This document shows positions 1-14,751 of a stretch of DNA of 64,000 nucleotides, piece by piece. The stretch lies in NCBI RefSeq assembly GCF_009914755.1, contig NC_060932.1; one strand, written 5' to 3'. Position 1 is the stretch's first letter. Each line of letters starts with the position of its first letter. A model generated the notes under the pieces. That model was not told where the DNA came from and searched no databases. It saw only the letters and a list, made by a program, of their open reading frames with translations. The position numbers were made by a program, and so were the translations under genes. Source of the DNA: the human T2T-CHM13v2.0 reference genome, Homo sapiens.

Positions 1-316
1 TTTCATGAGAATTCACATTTATTCCTTCAAAGTTAAACAGGAATGCATTGATGTTCTCTTCCCATTATTTTCTTTAATAAGTTTTTATTTTTAGGAATAA
101 AAATTTACAGGATAAAATGTAAGACCATGGTAATATAGTTAGAGATAAATATTATTACTCAATAAATATTGATTATTTAGAGGCCTTCCATCTGCACAAT
201 TTACAAGCCCAAAGAGTAATCCCAATCAGAAAGCTGAGATTAAACCAGTTTGCTTCTGTTAGGTTAATCAGTCAATCTACTCTAAAAATGAAACTTCCAG
301 ATATGAGGATTTATAT

Positions 317-629
317 TTCTTTTCTTTTTTTGTGGGGGTGGGGGGGATGGAGTCTTGCTCTGTCACCCAGGCTGGAGTGCAGTGGCATGATCTTAACTCA
401 TTGAAACCTCCATCTGCAAGGTTCAAGCGATTCTCCTGCCTCAGCCTCCAAGTAGCTGGGACTACAGGCGCAAGTCACCATGCCCAGCTAATTTTTGTAT
501 TTTTTTTTTTAGTAAAGTCAGGTTTCACTATGTTGGCCAGGCTGGTCTCAAACTCCTGACCTCAGGTGATCTGCCTGCCTCAGCCTCCCATAGTGTTGGG
601 ATTATAGGCATGAGGTACTGTGCCCAGCC
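317..629 (-). mobile_element. Alu (S-like)
   Basis: Reverse-complement dimeric Alu with T-rich start. Confidence 0.9.
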
Positions 630-3600
630 AAGAAGATTTATTTCTGATCATTAATATTATTCACACCTACATAAGCAGAATCTGAGTTTCTTTCTGTTCA
701 TTTTAACACAAAGATGCTCTCCAGTATGTGACAGCAGCCAAATCCAGCTATCATATTTATTCAGAATGAGCAAGAACTGAGACATATCTCTTCATAAGAG
801 ATAATTTTTGGTTGGGATTTACACTCATTGTCTGTATGAAACCCACTAGGAATCTCACAGAAGATTCAGATGGCAAAAAATTCTAAGCAAAATGCTGGAT
901 GCCGCTCCATCCCAATTTTGAAACTCAGCTCTATTTATCAAGACCAAAAAAGTGAAATAGGGTGCTGAACATAAGTTAGTTGTTCACTAAATTGTATCTC
1001 ATTTCTTTCTGGGCGCAAGATTATACAACATATTCAAGCATTCCTTGCACTTAAATACAGCTATATGAGAGCAAATTGCATTCAATAGATTGTGGGCAGA
1101 GTGGCACATGCCACTCCCAGGCCTGGCCTCCTACACACAACCATCTGTTCTCCTTTCCCATTCTTGGTCTAAATGGAGGGAACTCCAAGAACCTAAAGAA
1201 GGGAAGAGATAAAATGCAGAAGGATCTAGGTCCCTTAGTTGCACATGGATGATAAGTGAGCAAAAATGAGTAGACTGTTTCCTAAGTACTAAATAAACTG
1301 TTAATGTGTTAAGCCTACCTCTGAGATTTTAGAGTTCTTTGTTGGATCAGTTATTCTGTCTTGATTAATCCAGCTAGTAAAACACAAGGAATCAATGATG
1401 ATCTGGATCATATTGCCTCCATTAAGATTCCTGGATAATAAGCCAATACATAATAATTATTAACACATCATAAATATCAATGTGAATACCTATTTGTGGC
1501 ACCATAAGGACAGCTTACATTTTCTGAGCACTCTTCATATGCCAAAAACGTGTAATTTTGCTATCCCTATTTACCGATCATAAATGAAAAGCCAAATGAT
1601 TAAATAACTGGATCAAGATCTGTCAGTAAGTGGACCTTTAACTCAATTCCAACCTTTTTTTATTTTAATTCCTGAATCGTTAAGCACCAAGCCACATTGA
1701 CTCTCAGTTCTCACATTCATCCTGACTCACTTTTCTGACAATCATACAAACAAATTGACCTGTCTGCTTTACCACATCAGAATATGCCTACCGATTGATA
1801 TGATTCATTGTACTTGATATTCTTAAATTCTAAACCTGTTGAAAATTATAGCTTTGAAGTTTAAATCTATAATCACCAAAGATATTGCTTGCAAGTAGCA
1901 TAACCCACTTAAGCTAGTTTAAGTAGAAAAAGAGTATATCACAGCATATTAGGAAACTCAGAGGCTTCAGTAGGCTTATCAGATTATATCCAAGAACAAT
2001 TCCCAAATTGTACACTGAGCCTAACCAGTAGAGGTCCTTCTGGGTACAGGCATGGCTGGTCACACAGTGGCCACTGCATTTGTGCATATCATCACTATCC
2101 CAGGGACATCTGCCATTACTGCTTCAAAATGCCTGGTATCTCTCCTCTGTGCTCTGCCACTCTCATGAGAATATGGATTCTATGAAGCAACTGCACCTGT
2201 TTCTTCATGTTGTTCCATTCTAAATAAAACAATCTCAGGAGAATAGCTCTGTTGGGCAAAGCCTACATCCTAGCTGGAGGCTGGGAAATCGAGTTCTGGC
2301 TTCCATTGAGTAGGTGGATCTTATAGTGGAAAACCCTCCAAACATAAGAAGTCTGTTTGAAAGATTCTTGGTGACCAAAATGTATGTCCACTGAAATGAC
2401 AACATAAAGTCATATGGAAACCAAAATCATGGGGGAACAGAAACAATGCTTCTTTTAGAGGAAGCAGGTTCAGAGAGAGAATAGAGCAGAGGTTCGTGGG
2501 GAAAAGCAGCAGCCTCAGGAAAGACAGGGCTGCTACATGATGACTCCTAAGTTTTGGTGAAGTCTGGCTGTCCTCGCTCTGATTGGCTTCCATGTATTTT
2601 TATAATATGAGGTCTCTGCAGTTCTTAAATGGCAAGTTCATAAATACATGCCAGGCTGTAAACACCTTCAAAATATTGACATGAATAAATAAATCTTAGA
2701 GTAAGATTCTCAGAGCTAGTGTAAGCAGAAAAATAGCTTATTAAAGGATATTATTATAATAGAAAACTCACAGAAGATTCATGAGGCTTAAAGGAGGGAG
2801 CAAGATGGAGAAATTTGTTTCTAAGGGATATAGAAATAACTCTTACATAGTGTTTAAGAGGATCACACTTAGCCCACACAATTGATTTGAATTCTGGCTC
2901 CACCCACTGACATCACTTCACTAAGTTGTAAATTCCATGAAATCATGGGTCATGTCTCACTCACATTTGTGCCAGTTATAGTCCCTGCGTTGCCACAGAA
3001 CTTAGCAGTTAATATTTTGTAATGAATTCTTTCAACTGGTAGTAGCAAAAAGGATTTCATTTATTTAGATTAAATAGAACAAATAAGTGACTAGTTAGTA
3101 ATTGGGAAGAAAAATACATTGACAATATGGGTTTCCAACAACTACAGAATGCTTGAGTTTATCATTTCTAGTAGGGTTGTTTTAGGGAATCAATTTTGTA
3201 TCATTTTTAATTGCCACACATGCACAAATTGGCCTCAAAACACCATGTAATGATTATAATGGCTATAAATCACATTGACTGTGACATTGCTTCTTCTAAG
3301 TCCAGAAGTTAGTTAACATATAATATTCACTACTCTCTCTTTCCAATGTTTGTGTCCAAACATTGTTTCTTAAGTAGCCATATTGATTGTATTGATTAAT
3401 ACTCCTGGTAGAAATGATGAAAAATATCGATTTGCTCTTGTAAACCTCAGCTAAAACTAAAATATCTAGAGTATTGCTTCCTTGAACTCCATAAGAGCTC
3501 TCTTCTCAGGCTTCTTCCATTCTTGCTGATTACATCTACAGATGGAAATCAGGTGTGAAAATCCATTAAGATGCTTCACAACAAGACAAACTTTGACTCT

Positions 3601-3984
3601 TATTGAACTCTCATGTTCTCTCTTCCTTAATTAAGGCACAAGAACATTTTACCATGGAGAGAGAATGACTTAGATTATGGATCTTATTCCTTCTAAGGGC
3701 AATCATTTCACCCAATTGGGGGATAATACATTTCTTACTTCATTGCTTTGCAAAGAGCCTCTTACTCAGGTTTCTTCCAAGGGGAGAATAAAGAGTGTGG
3801 TTTTACTTATAGAGAGCTCTCAGTTATCCATGCCACAAAAGAAAAATGAAGCATACGGCTGTTCTCCCAAAATTATAACATATTTTTTCACTAAACATTT
3901 TAAAACACAAATAAAGAGTATCATTTAAATGAATTAGTGACATAGAATCTTATTTTAGAGCTGGAATAACCTTTAATGTTTGCA

Positions 3985-4290
3985 GCACAAAAAAGCAGTT
4001 GTGAGCACAGGCTTTGGAGTCAGATGACCTGGGTTAAAACCTCAGCTTCACATTTACCAGCTGTGTGACCTTAGGCAATTTACAAAACATCCTGTGTCTC
4101 AATCTTTTCTTCTGTATACTTTTAATTATGACTATACAAATAAATAATAAAATATAATAAGCAAGTTTAAGATAAATAAAAATAATAAAATGTAACAATA
4201 ACTGTAATAATACCTTTCTCATAGGCTTGTTATGAAGGTTAACTGAGATAATGCAATCCAGCACCTAGCAGTCAATACATGTTCATTATT
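3985..4290 (+). mobile_element. MIR SINE, interrupted by an AT-rich tract
   Basis: MIR core: ggctttggagtcaga...agctgtgtgaccttaggcaa...ataatacctttctcatagg. Confidence 0.6.
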
Positions 4291-5761
4291 TTGCCTTTCA
4301 CACTCTATGCACTTCTGTTCCATAAAGGCATAGCAAGTTAAAAGAAAACAAACAAACAAAAAACAAGTTTCTACAGCCTTTCCTGATCTTTAGTAATTAG
4401 ATGAATAAGCCTCATAATTTTTGTTTTCTAAAGCTTCACCGACAATGTGAGATGTGAAAAAAATGTCATTGGTCTCTATGGAGAAAAAAAAAGGCAAAAT
4501 GCAGAATTGACTCAGACTGATAGTTTAGTATAAAGATGCAAACAGGACAGTCTTCATGGTTCACATTTGCCAGTTTATTTTCACCAAACATATTCACAAT
4601 AGCAGGATCACTAAATGAATATTCAGCCCACGAGTGTTTAGCTTTTGTGGATTCCCAAATTAAAATGATTACTAAGAACAAAAAATCATTATTACTAATA
4701 TCCATGATAAATACTGGATCTACTTACTTGTACAGAAGTAAACACTGTATAAGCAAAAAGAAGAGCATTAGGAATTTGAAAGCCCAGCAAATGCAAATCA
4801 GATTGCATTTTAAAAAATATGGCTGCTATCATCTTCAATAAATTTCCAGGGATTCCAGGGAATCAGAGAAGGAATCAGAGGAATAGCAGAGCCATTTTCA
4901 CTCCTGAATTATCTTCCTGCCTGTTTTTATATTTAGATTTTTAAAATGCAGTAATAATTATAACAGCTCTCAATTATTGAGTACTTACTATGAGCCAGGC
5001 ATTCTGCTAAGTACTGTGCATGCATTATTTCATTTGATCCCCACAACATATATATGAGGAAGTCAATATCATTTTTCTATGTTTACAGATGAGGAAACTA
5101 AACATAGAAAGGTTGAGTTCCTTGTCTAGGGTCCTAGAGCCAGTAAACGGTTATTGAGTACTTTGGCTAGGTCCAAAGCCAGGTTCATTAGCCACTATGC
5201 AAGCTATTAACACTTCTACATAAAGAACACACTAACTGAGCAACCCAAAGACTTCCAACTACCTTGTCTATCCTGGAGCTTTGAGTCCAGTGAATATATA
5301 GGGACTGATACCAGCTGGGGGAGCAGATGTGTACATGAACTAACTCCATTCTTTTCCGTACACTCCTTCTCCATTGCCAGATGTGGACCTGAGGCTGTAG
5401 TTCTTAGAAGCTATCTTTCTCTCTGGATGCCACCAAAGGATAACAACTTGCTAATGAGGCAGTTGCCTTAGAGGTCCTGATGCTAAGTCCTGGGAAACAT
5501 GGCTAGGCCATAAGATTACTCAGAGAAAGTAACCCCTTTGAAAACTGCTCCTTTACCTAAGTCTTGAAGCTGCTGTGGATTTTACTGATTTCAAGCAGTT
5601 GGAAGGCATTCAACTGAAGAGAGGTATTGTGCTATATAGGAATAAAGCTTCAAAAGCAATCCTGGGACAATATGAGGTTTTTCTGCTGGTTATCATAATG
5701 ATAAAAAAAAGTAACTTATGAGGTTTTTCTGCTTATTATCATTATAATGACAAGAAAGTAA

Positions 5762-6087
<326 letters not shown>

Positions 6088-6158
6088 TGAATGAATCTCA
6101 TTTATAATAATGAAATAGTATATTTCATTTATTATGTGACACATCTTTTGGATTTTAA

Positions 6159-6468
<310 letters not shown>

Positions 6469-7207
6469 TCTGAGGCATCTTATAGCCAATAAATAGCATC
6501 GTCCAATGTTTGCTGGCCAGGCAGCAGTGGCGAGGTATTTGTCATGACTTGTGTATGTGCAAAAACAATTTGCAGAATGGGTAGCAATGGAGATGATAGA
6601 GCATTTGCTCCTTGAATCCCAAGGCACTATACAGGAAGGTATGGGAAGATGAAAGATAGGAATGCTTACAATGTGGTTAGAGATACAAAGAATAAATACA
6701 TAAAATGTTTACCATAAATTCATGTTTAATTCATTGTATATTCTCATCTACTCCCAAAAAGGATTTGGGACAAAAAGAGGTTAGGTACTTTTGTCCAAGG
6801 TCACACAGTCAGGCAGACTGGAAAATGACCTAATTCCTATCCTATGCTATTCTTAACCACTCTAACTCCTCATTCTCCAACTGCCCACGATGCTGGAAGA
6901 AGCAGCACGGCACAATATGAAGAATTCAGAAAATGGGACGATATTGTTTGTGCTGAAGAGGAGGAGGAAGTGGGGTTGTTGAGTCAATGGGGACTCTTCT
7001 CACTGGAGCGGACTATCAAAAGCACTCTAATGGTGAAGAAGGTGTGAACAAAGGCCCAAGTAGAAGAAAAATAATTTGTAGGAATTGTAAGTTAGTAAGG
7101 CCGACAAGGACGTTTGTAAGGGTAGTAGTGGGACCTAGAGGTGGAAGGAAAGGAGGAGGAATCTTAAATCCAGACAGTGACTTTCAGCCTTTATTCTGAA
7201 GAGAGCT

Positions 7208-7903
<696 letters not shown>

Positions 7904-8229
7904 ACTGAGCTGCCAGTGAAGGTTTCTGAATTCATCTACTTTTAAAAGTTTAACTTGGGGAAGACTGGTCTGTCTTACGCGTATGCAGTTGGAGATGATA
8001 AAGAGCTAACTTCTGTGCTTTGTAAGTGCAACACAAGGGGAGAGACTGGTGAGATTTCTTTCTATGTGAGGTCTTGGTTGTGATAGATGTGACAGAGGAA
8101 AGGAAAAAATATGTTACAGAAATTCATATGAATAAGTGCCTGTGAAAATGTTCAAATAAGTTTGGGAAATGTTAGAATACACAAAACTCCCTGATTATTC
8201 CATTGTTAGACTTTTCAGATCCTTTAGGG

Positions 8230-8748
8230 CAGTGGTCCCCAATCTTTTTGGCACCAGGGACTGGTGTCATGGAAGACAATTTTTCCACAGACCAGGGTAG
8301 GGGGATGGTTTTGGGATAATTCAAGCGCATTACATTTATTGTGTACTTTATTTATATTATTATTACATTGTAATATATATGAAATAATTATACAACTCAC
8401 CATAATGTAGAATCAGTGGGAGCCCTGAACTTATTCTCCTGGAACTCGAAGGTCCCATCTAGGGGTGATGGGAGACAGTGACAGATCAGCAGGCATTAGA
8501 TTCTCATAAGGAGTGTACAACCTAGATCCCTCATGTACACAGTTCACAACAGGGTTCACGCTCTGTGAGAATCTAATGCTGCCACTGACCTGACAGGAGG
8601 CAGAGCTCAGGTGGTAATGCACATAATGGGGAGCGGCTGTAAATACAGATGAAGCTTCGCTTGCTTGCCCCTGCCTACCTCCTGCTTTGCAGCCTGGTTC
8701 CCAACAGGCCATGGTATTGGTCTGTGGCCTGGGAATTGGGGATCTCTG
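8230..8748 (+). mobile_element. MER1A-like hAT-Charlie DNA transposon
   Basis: Termini CAGTGGTCCCCAA / TTGGGGATCTCTG; 8-bp TSD CTTTAGG(G/C) at 8222-8229 and 8749-8756. Confidence 0.85.
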
Positions 8749-9062
8749 CTTTAGGCAATATAAATTATAACATTATCCACATGTTGATCATTGAGCACTT
8801 TTACACTTTTTCCCATAGGAAATTGCCTATTAATGACTTCTAGTTCCAAGTTCCAGTGAGCCTGGTTTGAGAAATGCTGAGTTACTAATATCCTAGTTAA
8901 TGGCCAAGTTGCAGCTCTTTTATTATTTTTTATTCCAGCCTTGGATTATCAGCCTCAGACCTTTTATAAGCATATTTGTATTCGATTTAATATTTTTTAC
9001 TTAGAATCATAGGTCAACAAGTTACTGAAATCAATTTAGATGACACCGTAAGAACATTTTAT

Positions 9063-9200
9063 GGCCAAGAATAGTGGTGCTTGCCAATAATCCTAGCTAC
9101 TTGGGAGGCTGAGGCAGGAGTATTATCTTAGCCCAGGAGTTTGAGACTAGCCTGGGCAACATAGCAAGATGCTTTACCAAGAGAAAAGCAAAACAAATAA
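9063..9200 (+). mobile_element. Monomeric Alu (FLAM-like)
   Basis: Single Alu arm followed by an A-rich tail. Confidence 0.7.
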
Positions 9201-9225
9201 CACTTTATGAAAGTAGGTAGATCAT

Positions 9226-9526
<301 letters not shown>

Positions 9527-9554
9527 GAAAGTAGGTAGATCATAACTAATGTGA

Positions 9555-9700
9555 ATATATATATAGTATATGCATGCATATGTATATATGTATGCTTATA
9601 TTTATGTATATATATGTATATTTATGTATATATATTATATGTATATATATACATTGGTATATATAAATGTATATGTATTTGTGTGTATATGTGTGTGTGT
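9555..9700. repeat. (TA)n/(TG)n low-complexity repeat
   Basis: Direct reading. Confidence 0.9.
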
Positions 9701-10190
9701 ATTCCTTATATTTAATTCCACAAAACTCAGTGATAGTTATTACCTTACACTTGCTTCATGAATAACATATTACATAGCAGAACAGTAGAAAGTACCTTGC
9801 TAACATTTTTAAAAGTCTTTGCTAACAGAGCAAAAAGAATGTATTACTTGCCATTAAAAATTGGTGGTTTGCACTTGCCTTAATTTTACTGCCTGAGACC
9901 TTGTCAGCAAAGTGCACAATTGTAATAAGCGGAATTGTAAAAGGCTGCTGTTGGGTTTTTTCAGACTTTCCATCTTTCATCACACCTTTAGAAGACAGGT
10001 TTTAAGTAGCAGTATACACCATCTAAAACAAGAGTTTGCAACAAGTTTAATTGGGAATACAGAATTCTTTCTGTCAAAGACAATGTTGACCTCGTTTTCA
10101 AGTAAGCAAAGAGTGAATGATTTATTTATTTACTTCTTGCACAGAATAACCAAGTCAAACCACCATCAGTCTTCTAAGAAAGGCTATTCT

Positions 10191-10490
10191 CGCAGGGTGT
10201 GGTGGCTCACGCCTGCTATCCCAGCATTTTGGGAGGCTGAGGCAGGTGGACCACCTGAGGTCAGGAGTTCAAGACCAGCCTGGCCAACATGGTGAAACCC
10301 TGTCTCTACTAAAAATACAAAAATTAACCGGGCATGGTGGTGTCTGGGTGTAATCCCAGCTACTCAGGAGGCTGAGGGAGGAGAATCACTTGAACCTGGG
10401 AGAGAGGTTGCAGTGAGCCGAGATTGCACCACTGCACTCCAACCTGGACAAGACAGTGAGACTCCTTCTAAAAAAAAAGAAAGAAAGATA
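10191..10490 (+). mobile_element. Alu (Sx-like)
   Basis: Full dimer; TSD GGCTATTCT on both sides. Confidence 0.9.
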
Positions 10491-11029
10491 GAATGGCTAT
10501 TCTTATAAAAGTCTCCCTGCCTCTGGAAAAAAAATGCCTTGTCTTATATCTTACGTTTCTGCAAAATTCAGGAGTGTGTTCCTTCCCAGGCATGCCCTGT
10601 TGGTTCTGGCACCCGTGTCTGTCCTTGTGGGGTCACCTCAGAGAGGAGTGGTTCTCCCCCTCATTGCCTTGACTTTTTTTTTTTCTTTTGGCATCTCCTT
10701 GCCCTCATTCGCATGTTGCTCCTACTGAGAATTTTCCCTGAAGTTCAGAGCCTCCAACAGATGGGTTATTAACTGAACTGATTTGGAAAGCTTTACAGCC
10801 ACTTCCCTCTGCTCCCTGCTGACTACTTGCCCACCCTAACCCTTTATCAGAAAGACTTAGGTCTCCAATAAGCACAAGGATAAACATGGCTTCACTATCA
10901 CCATCAGTGGACCCTAAAGTTAGCTGTATGTGTTGCTTAGAAGGAAACAAAAATGTCACAACCTGCCTCCTGCTTAGCGTGATCTCATCCCTACCACCTT
11001 TTCTTACGCACACCGCCAACAGCTCCTAA

Positions 11030-11345
11030 CTCCAGCTTGTCCTCACGCCGGCACCTTCACACTTGCTCCTCTCCTGGGATACTGTCTCCTGGGATGTTCA
11101 TGTGCCCCATTCTACATCATTCAGGTTTCTTCTTAAATGTCACTTCCTTAGAGTGGTCTTCCTGGGCCTCCCAAATTAAATAGTGCTACCCTCAAGTCCA
11201 TCACTCCTTATTCCCTAATCCTGCTTTAGGTTTCTTTTAGCATTTATCAATAATTTATCAATTATTGAATTACATGTTTATCTTTCTCTCTTATCAGAAT
11301 ATGAGTCTCAGGAGGACAGGGATTGGTCTTGTTCACAAACATCTC
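11030..11345 (+). mobile_element. L2 LINE 3' fragment
   Basis: aaatgtcacttccttagag...ttccctg...gaatatgagtctcaggaggacagggattggtcttgttcac resembles the L2 3' end. Confidence 0.6.
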
Positions 11346-11413
11346 CATAGAGATTCTGATTCTGAAAGTCAGTTTTCCCAGGGCCTAAAAATCTTGTTTT
11401 AAAAAACAGACCG

Positions 11414-11520
11414 GCTGACTCTCTTTTCGGACTCAGCCCGCCTGCACCCAGGTGAAATAAACAGCCATGTTGCTCACACAAAGCCTGTTTGGTGGTCTCT
11501 TCGCACGGACGCACATGAAA
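11414..11520 (+). repeat. HERV-H 5' LTR remnant (R-U5 only)
   Basis: GCTGACTCTCTTTTCGGACTCAGCCCGCC...CATGAAA; first 63 bp match 15751-15813 with one mismatch. Confidence 0.93.
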
Positions 11521-11522
11521 TT

Positions 11523-11540
11523 TGGTGCCGTGACTCGGAT
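11523..11540 (+). promoter_or_regulatory. Primer binding site for tRNA-His
   Basis: TGGTGCCGTGACTCGGAT, 2 nt after the LTR end. Confidence 0.95.
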
Positions 11541-11951
11541 CGGGGGACCTCCCTTGGGAGATCAATCCCCCGTCCTCCTGCTCTTTGCTCCGTGAGAAAG
11601 ATCCACATACGACCTCAGGTCCTCAGACCGACCAGCCCAAGAAACATCTCACCAATTTCAAATCCGGTAAGCGGCCTCTACTCTTCTCCAACCTCCCTCA
11701 CTATCCCTCAACCTCTTTCTCCTTTCAATCTTGGCGCCACACTTCAATCTCTCCCTTCTCTTAATTTCAATTCCTTTCATTTTCTGGTAGAGACAAAAGA
11801 GACATGTTTTATCCGTGAACCCAAAACTCCGGCACCGGTCATGGACTGGGAAGGCAGCCTTCCCTTGGTGTTTAATCATTGCAGGGACGCCTCTCTGATG
11901 ATACACTCACGTTTCAAGGGTGTCAGACCACGCAGGGACGCCTGCCTTGGT

Positions 11952-12183
11952 CCTTCACCCTTAGCGGCAAGTCCCGCTTTCCTGGGGCAGGGGCAAGTAC
12001 CCCTCAACCCCTTCTCCTTTACCCTTAGCGGTAAGTCCCGCTTTCCTGGGGCAGGGGCAAGTACCCCTCAACCCCTTCTTCACCCTGAGTGGCAAGTCCC
12101 GCTTTCCTGGGGCAGGGGCAAGTACCCCTCAACCCCTTCTCCTTCACCCTTAGCAGCAAGTCCCACTTTCCTAGGGGGCAAGA
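11952..12183 (+). repeat. Tandem ~64-bp repeat (3 full copies plus a partial) in the HERV-H leader
   Basis: CCTTCACCCTTAGCGGCAAGTCCCGCTTTCCTGGGGCAGGGGCAAGTACCCCTCAACCCCTTCT units starting near 11952, 12016, 12077 and 12141. Confidence 0.9.
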
Positions 12184-12361
12184 ACCCCCCAATCGCTTAT
12201 TTCCGCACCCCAACCTCTTATCTCTGCGCCCCAATCCCTTATTTCCGCACCCTGACCTCTTATTTCCATGCCCCAACCCCTTCTCTGCTTTTCTGGAGGG
12301 CAAGAACCCCCCACCCCTTCTCCGTGTCTCTACTCTTTTCTCTGGGCTTGCCTCCTTCACG

Positions 12362-13512
12362 ATGGGTAAGCTTCCACCTTCCATTCCTCCTTCTTCTCCC
12401 TTAGCCTGTGTTCTCAAAAACTTAAAACCTCTTCAACTCACACCTGACCTAAAACCTAAGTGCCTTATTTTCTTCTGCAATGCCGCTTGACTCCAATACA
12501 AGCTCGACAGTAGTTCCAAATAGCCGGAAAACGGCACTTTCCATTTTTCCATCCTACAAGATCTAAATAATTCTTGTCGTAAAATGGGCAAATGGTCTGA
12601 GTTGCCTGAAGTCCAGGCATTCCTTTACACATCAGTCCCTTCCTAGTCTCTGTGCCCAGTGCAACTCGTCCCAAATCTTTCTTCTTTCCCTCCCGCCTGT
12701 CCCCTCAGTCCCAACCCCAAGCGTCACTGAGTCTTTCTAATCTTCCCTTTCTACAGACCCATCTGACCTCTCCCCTCCCTGCCAGCCCAAGCTAGGTCCC
12801 AATTCTTCCTCAGCCTCTGCTCCTGCACCCTGCAATCTTTTTATCGCCTCCCCTCCTCACACCTGGTCCGGCTTACAGTTTCGTTCCATGACTAGCCCTC
12901 CCCCACCTGCCCAGCAATTTACTCTTAAAAAGGTGGCTGGAGCCAAAGGCATAGTCAAGGTTAATGCTCCTTTTTCTTTATCCCAAATCAGATAGCGTTT
13001 AGGCTCTTTTTCATCAAATATAACCCTGAGACGCTTTACAGACCTAGACCCTAAAAGGTCAAAAGGCCATCTTATTCTCAATATACATTTTATTACCCAA
13101 TCTGCTCCCCACATTAAATAAAACTCCAAAAATTAAATTCCGGCCCTCAAACCCCACAACAGGATTTAATTAACCTCGCCTTCAAGGTGTACAATAATAG
13201 AAAAAGTTGCAATTCCTTGCCTCCACTGTGAGACAAACCCCAGCCACATCTCCAGCACATAAGAACTTCCAAACACCTGAACCGCAGCAGCCAGGTGTTC
13301 CTCCAGAACCTCCTCCCCCAGGAGCTTGCTACAAGTGCCAGAAATCTGACCACCAGGCCAAGGAATGCCTGCAGCCCAGGATTCCTCCTAAGCCGTGTCC
13401 CATCTGTGCGGGACCCCACTGGAAACTGGACTGTTCAACTCACCTGGCAGCCACTCCCAGAGCCCCTGGAACTCTGGCCCAAGGCTCTCTGACTGACTCC
13501 TTCTCGGCTTAG
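12362..13512 (+). pseudogene. gag: HERV-H gag remnant
   Basis: MGKLPPSIPPSSPLACVLKNL at 12362; two zinc knuckles CYKCQKSDHQAKEC and CPICAGPHWKLDC in ORF 13207-13512; stops and frameshifts in between. Confidence 0.85.
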
Positions 13513-14751
13513 CGGCTGAAGATTGATGCTGCCCGATCGCCTCGGAAGCCCCGTAGACCATCACGGACGCCGAGCTTCCGGTAACTCTCACAGTGGAAGG
13601 TAAGCCCGTCCCCTTCTTAATCAATACGGAGGCTACCCACTCCACATTACCTTCTTTTCAAGGGCCTGTTTCCCTTGCCTCCATAACTGTTGTGGGTATT
13701 GACAGCCAGGCTTCTAAACCTCTTAAAACTCCCCCCATTCTGGTGCCAACTTGGACAACACTCTTGTATGCACTCTTTTTTAGTTATCCCCACCTGCCCA
13801 GTTCCCTTATTAGGCCAAGATATTTTAACCAAATTATCTGCTTCCCTGACTATTCCTGGAGTACAGCCACATCTCATTGCCGCCCTTCTCCCCAACCCAA
13901 AGCCTCCTTTGCGTCTTCCTCTCATATCCCCCCACCTTAACCCACAAATATGGGACATCTCTACTCCTTCCCTGGCAACTGATCACATGCCCATTACCAT
14001 CCCATTAAAACCTAATCACCCTTAACCCGCTCAACGCCAATATCCCATCCCACAGCATGCTTTAAAAGGATTAAAGCCTGTTATCACTGGCCTGCTACAG
14101 CATGGGCTTCTAAAACCTATAAACTCTCCTTACAATTCCCCCATTTTACCTGTCCAAAAACCGGATAAGTCTTACAGATTAGTTCAGGATCTGCGTCTTA
14201 TCAACCAAATTGTTTTGCCTATCCACCCTGTGGTGCCCAACCCGTACACTCTTTTGTCCTCAATACGTTCCTCCACAACTCACTATTCTGTTCTCCATCT
14301 TAAAGATGCTTTTTTCACTATTCCCCTGCACCCCTTGTCCCAGCCTCTCTTTGCTTTCACTTAGACTGACCCTGACACCCATTAGGCTCAGCAAATTACC
14401 AAGGCTGTACTGCTGTAAAGCTTCACAGACAGCCCCCATTATTTCAATCAAGCCCAAATTTCTTCCTCATCTGTTACCTATCTCGGCATAATTCTCATAA
14501 AAACACACGTGCCTTCCCTGCCAATTGTGTCCGACTGATCTCTCAAACCCCAGCACCTTCTACAAAACAACAACTCTTTTCCTTCCTAGGCATGGTTAGC
14601 GTGGTCGGAATTCTTACACAAGAGCCAGGACCACACCCTGTAGCTTTTCTGTCCAAACAACTTGACCTTACTGTTTTAGCCTAGCCCTCATGTCTGCGTG
14701 CAGCGGCTGCTGCTGCTTTAATACTTTCAGAGGCCCTCAAAATCACAAACT
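13513..14751 (+). pseudogene. pol: HERV-H pro-pol remnant (protease and partial RT; no integrase visible)
   Basis: Degenerate protease motif VPFLINTEATHS, PVPLLGQDIL; RT segments LPVQKPDKSYRLVQDLRLINQ and YSVLHLKDAFF; multiple stops. Confidence 0.85.
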
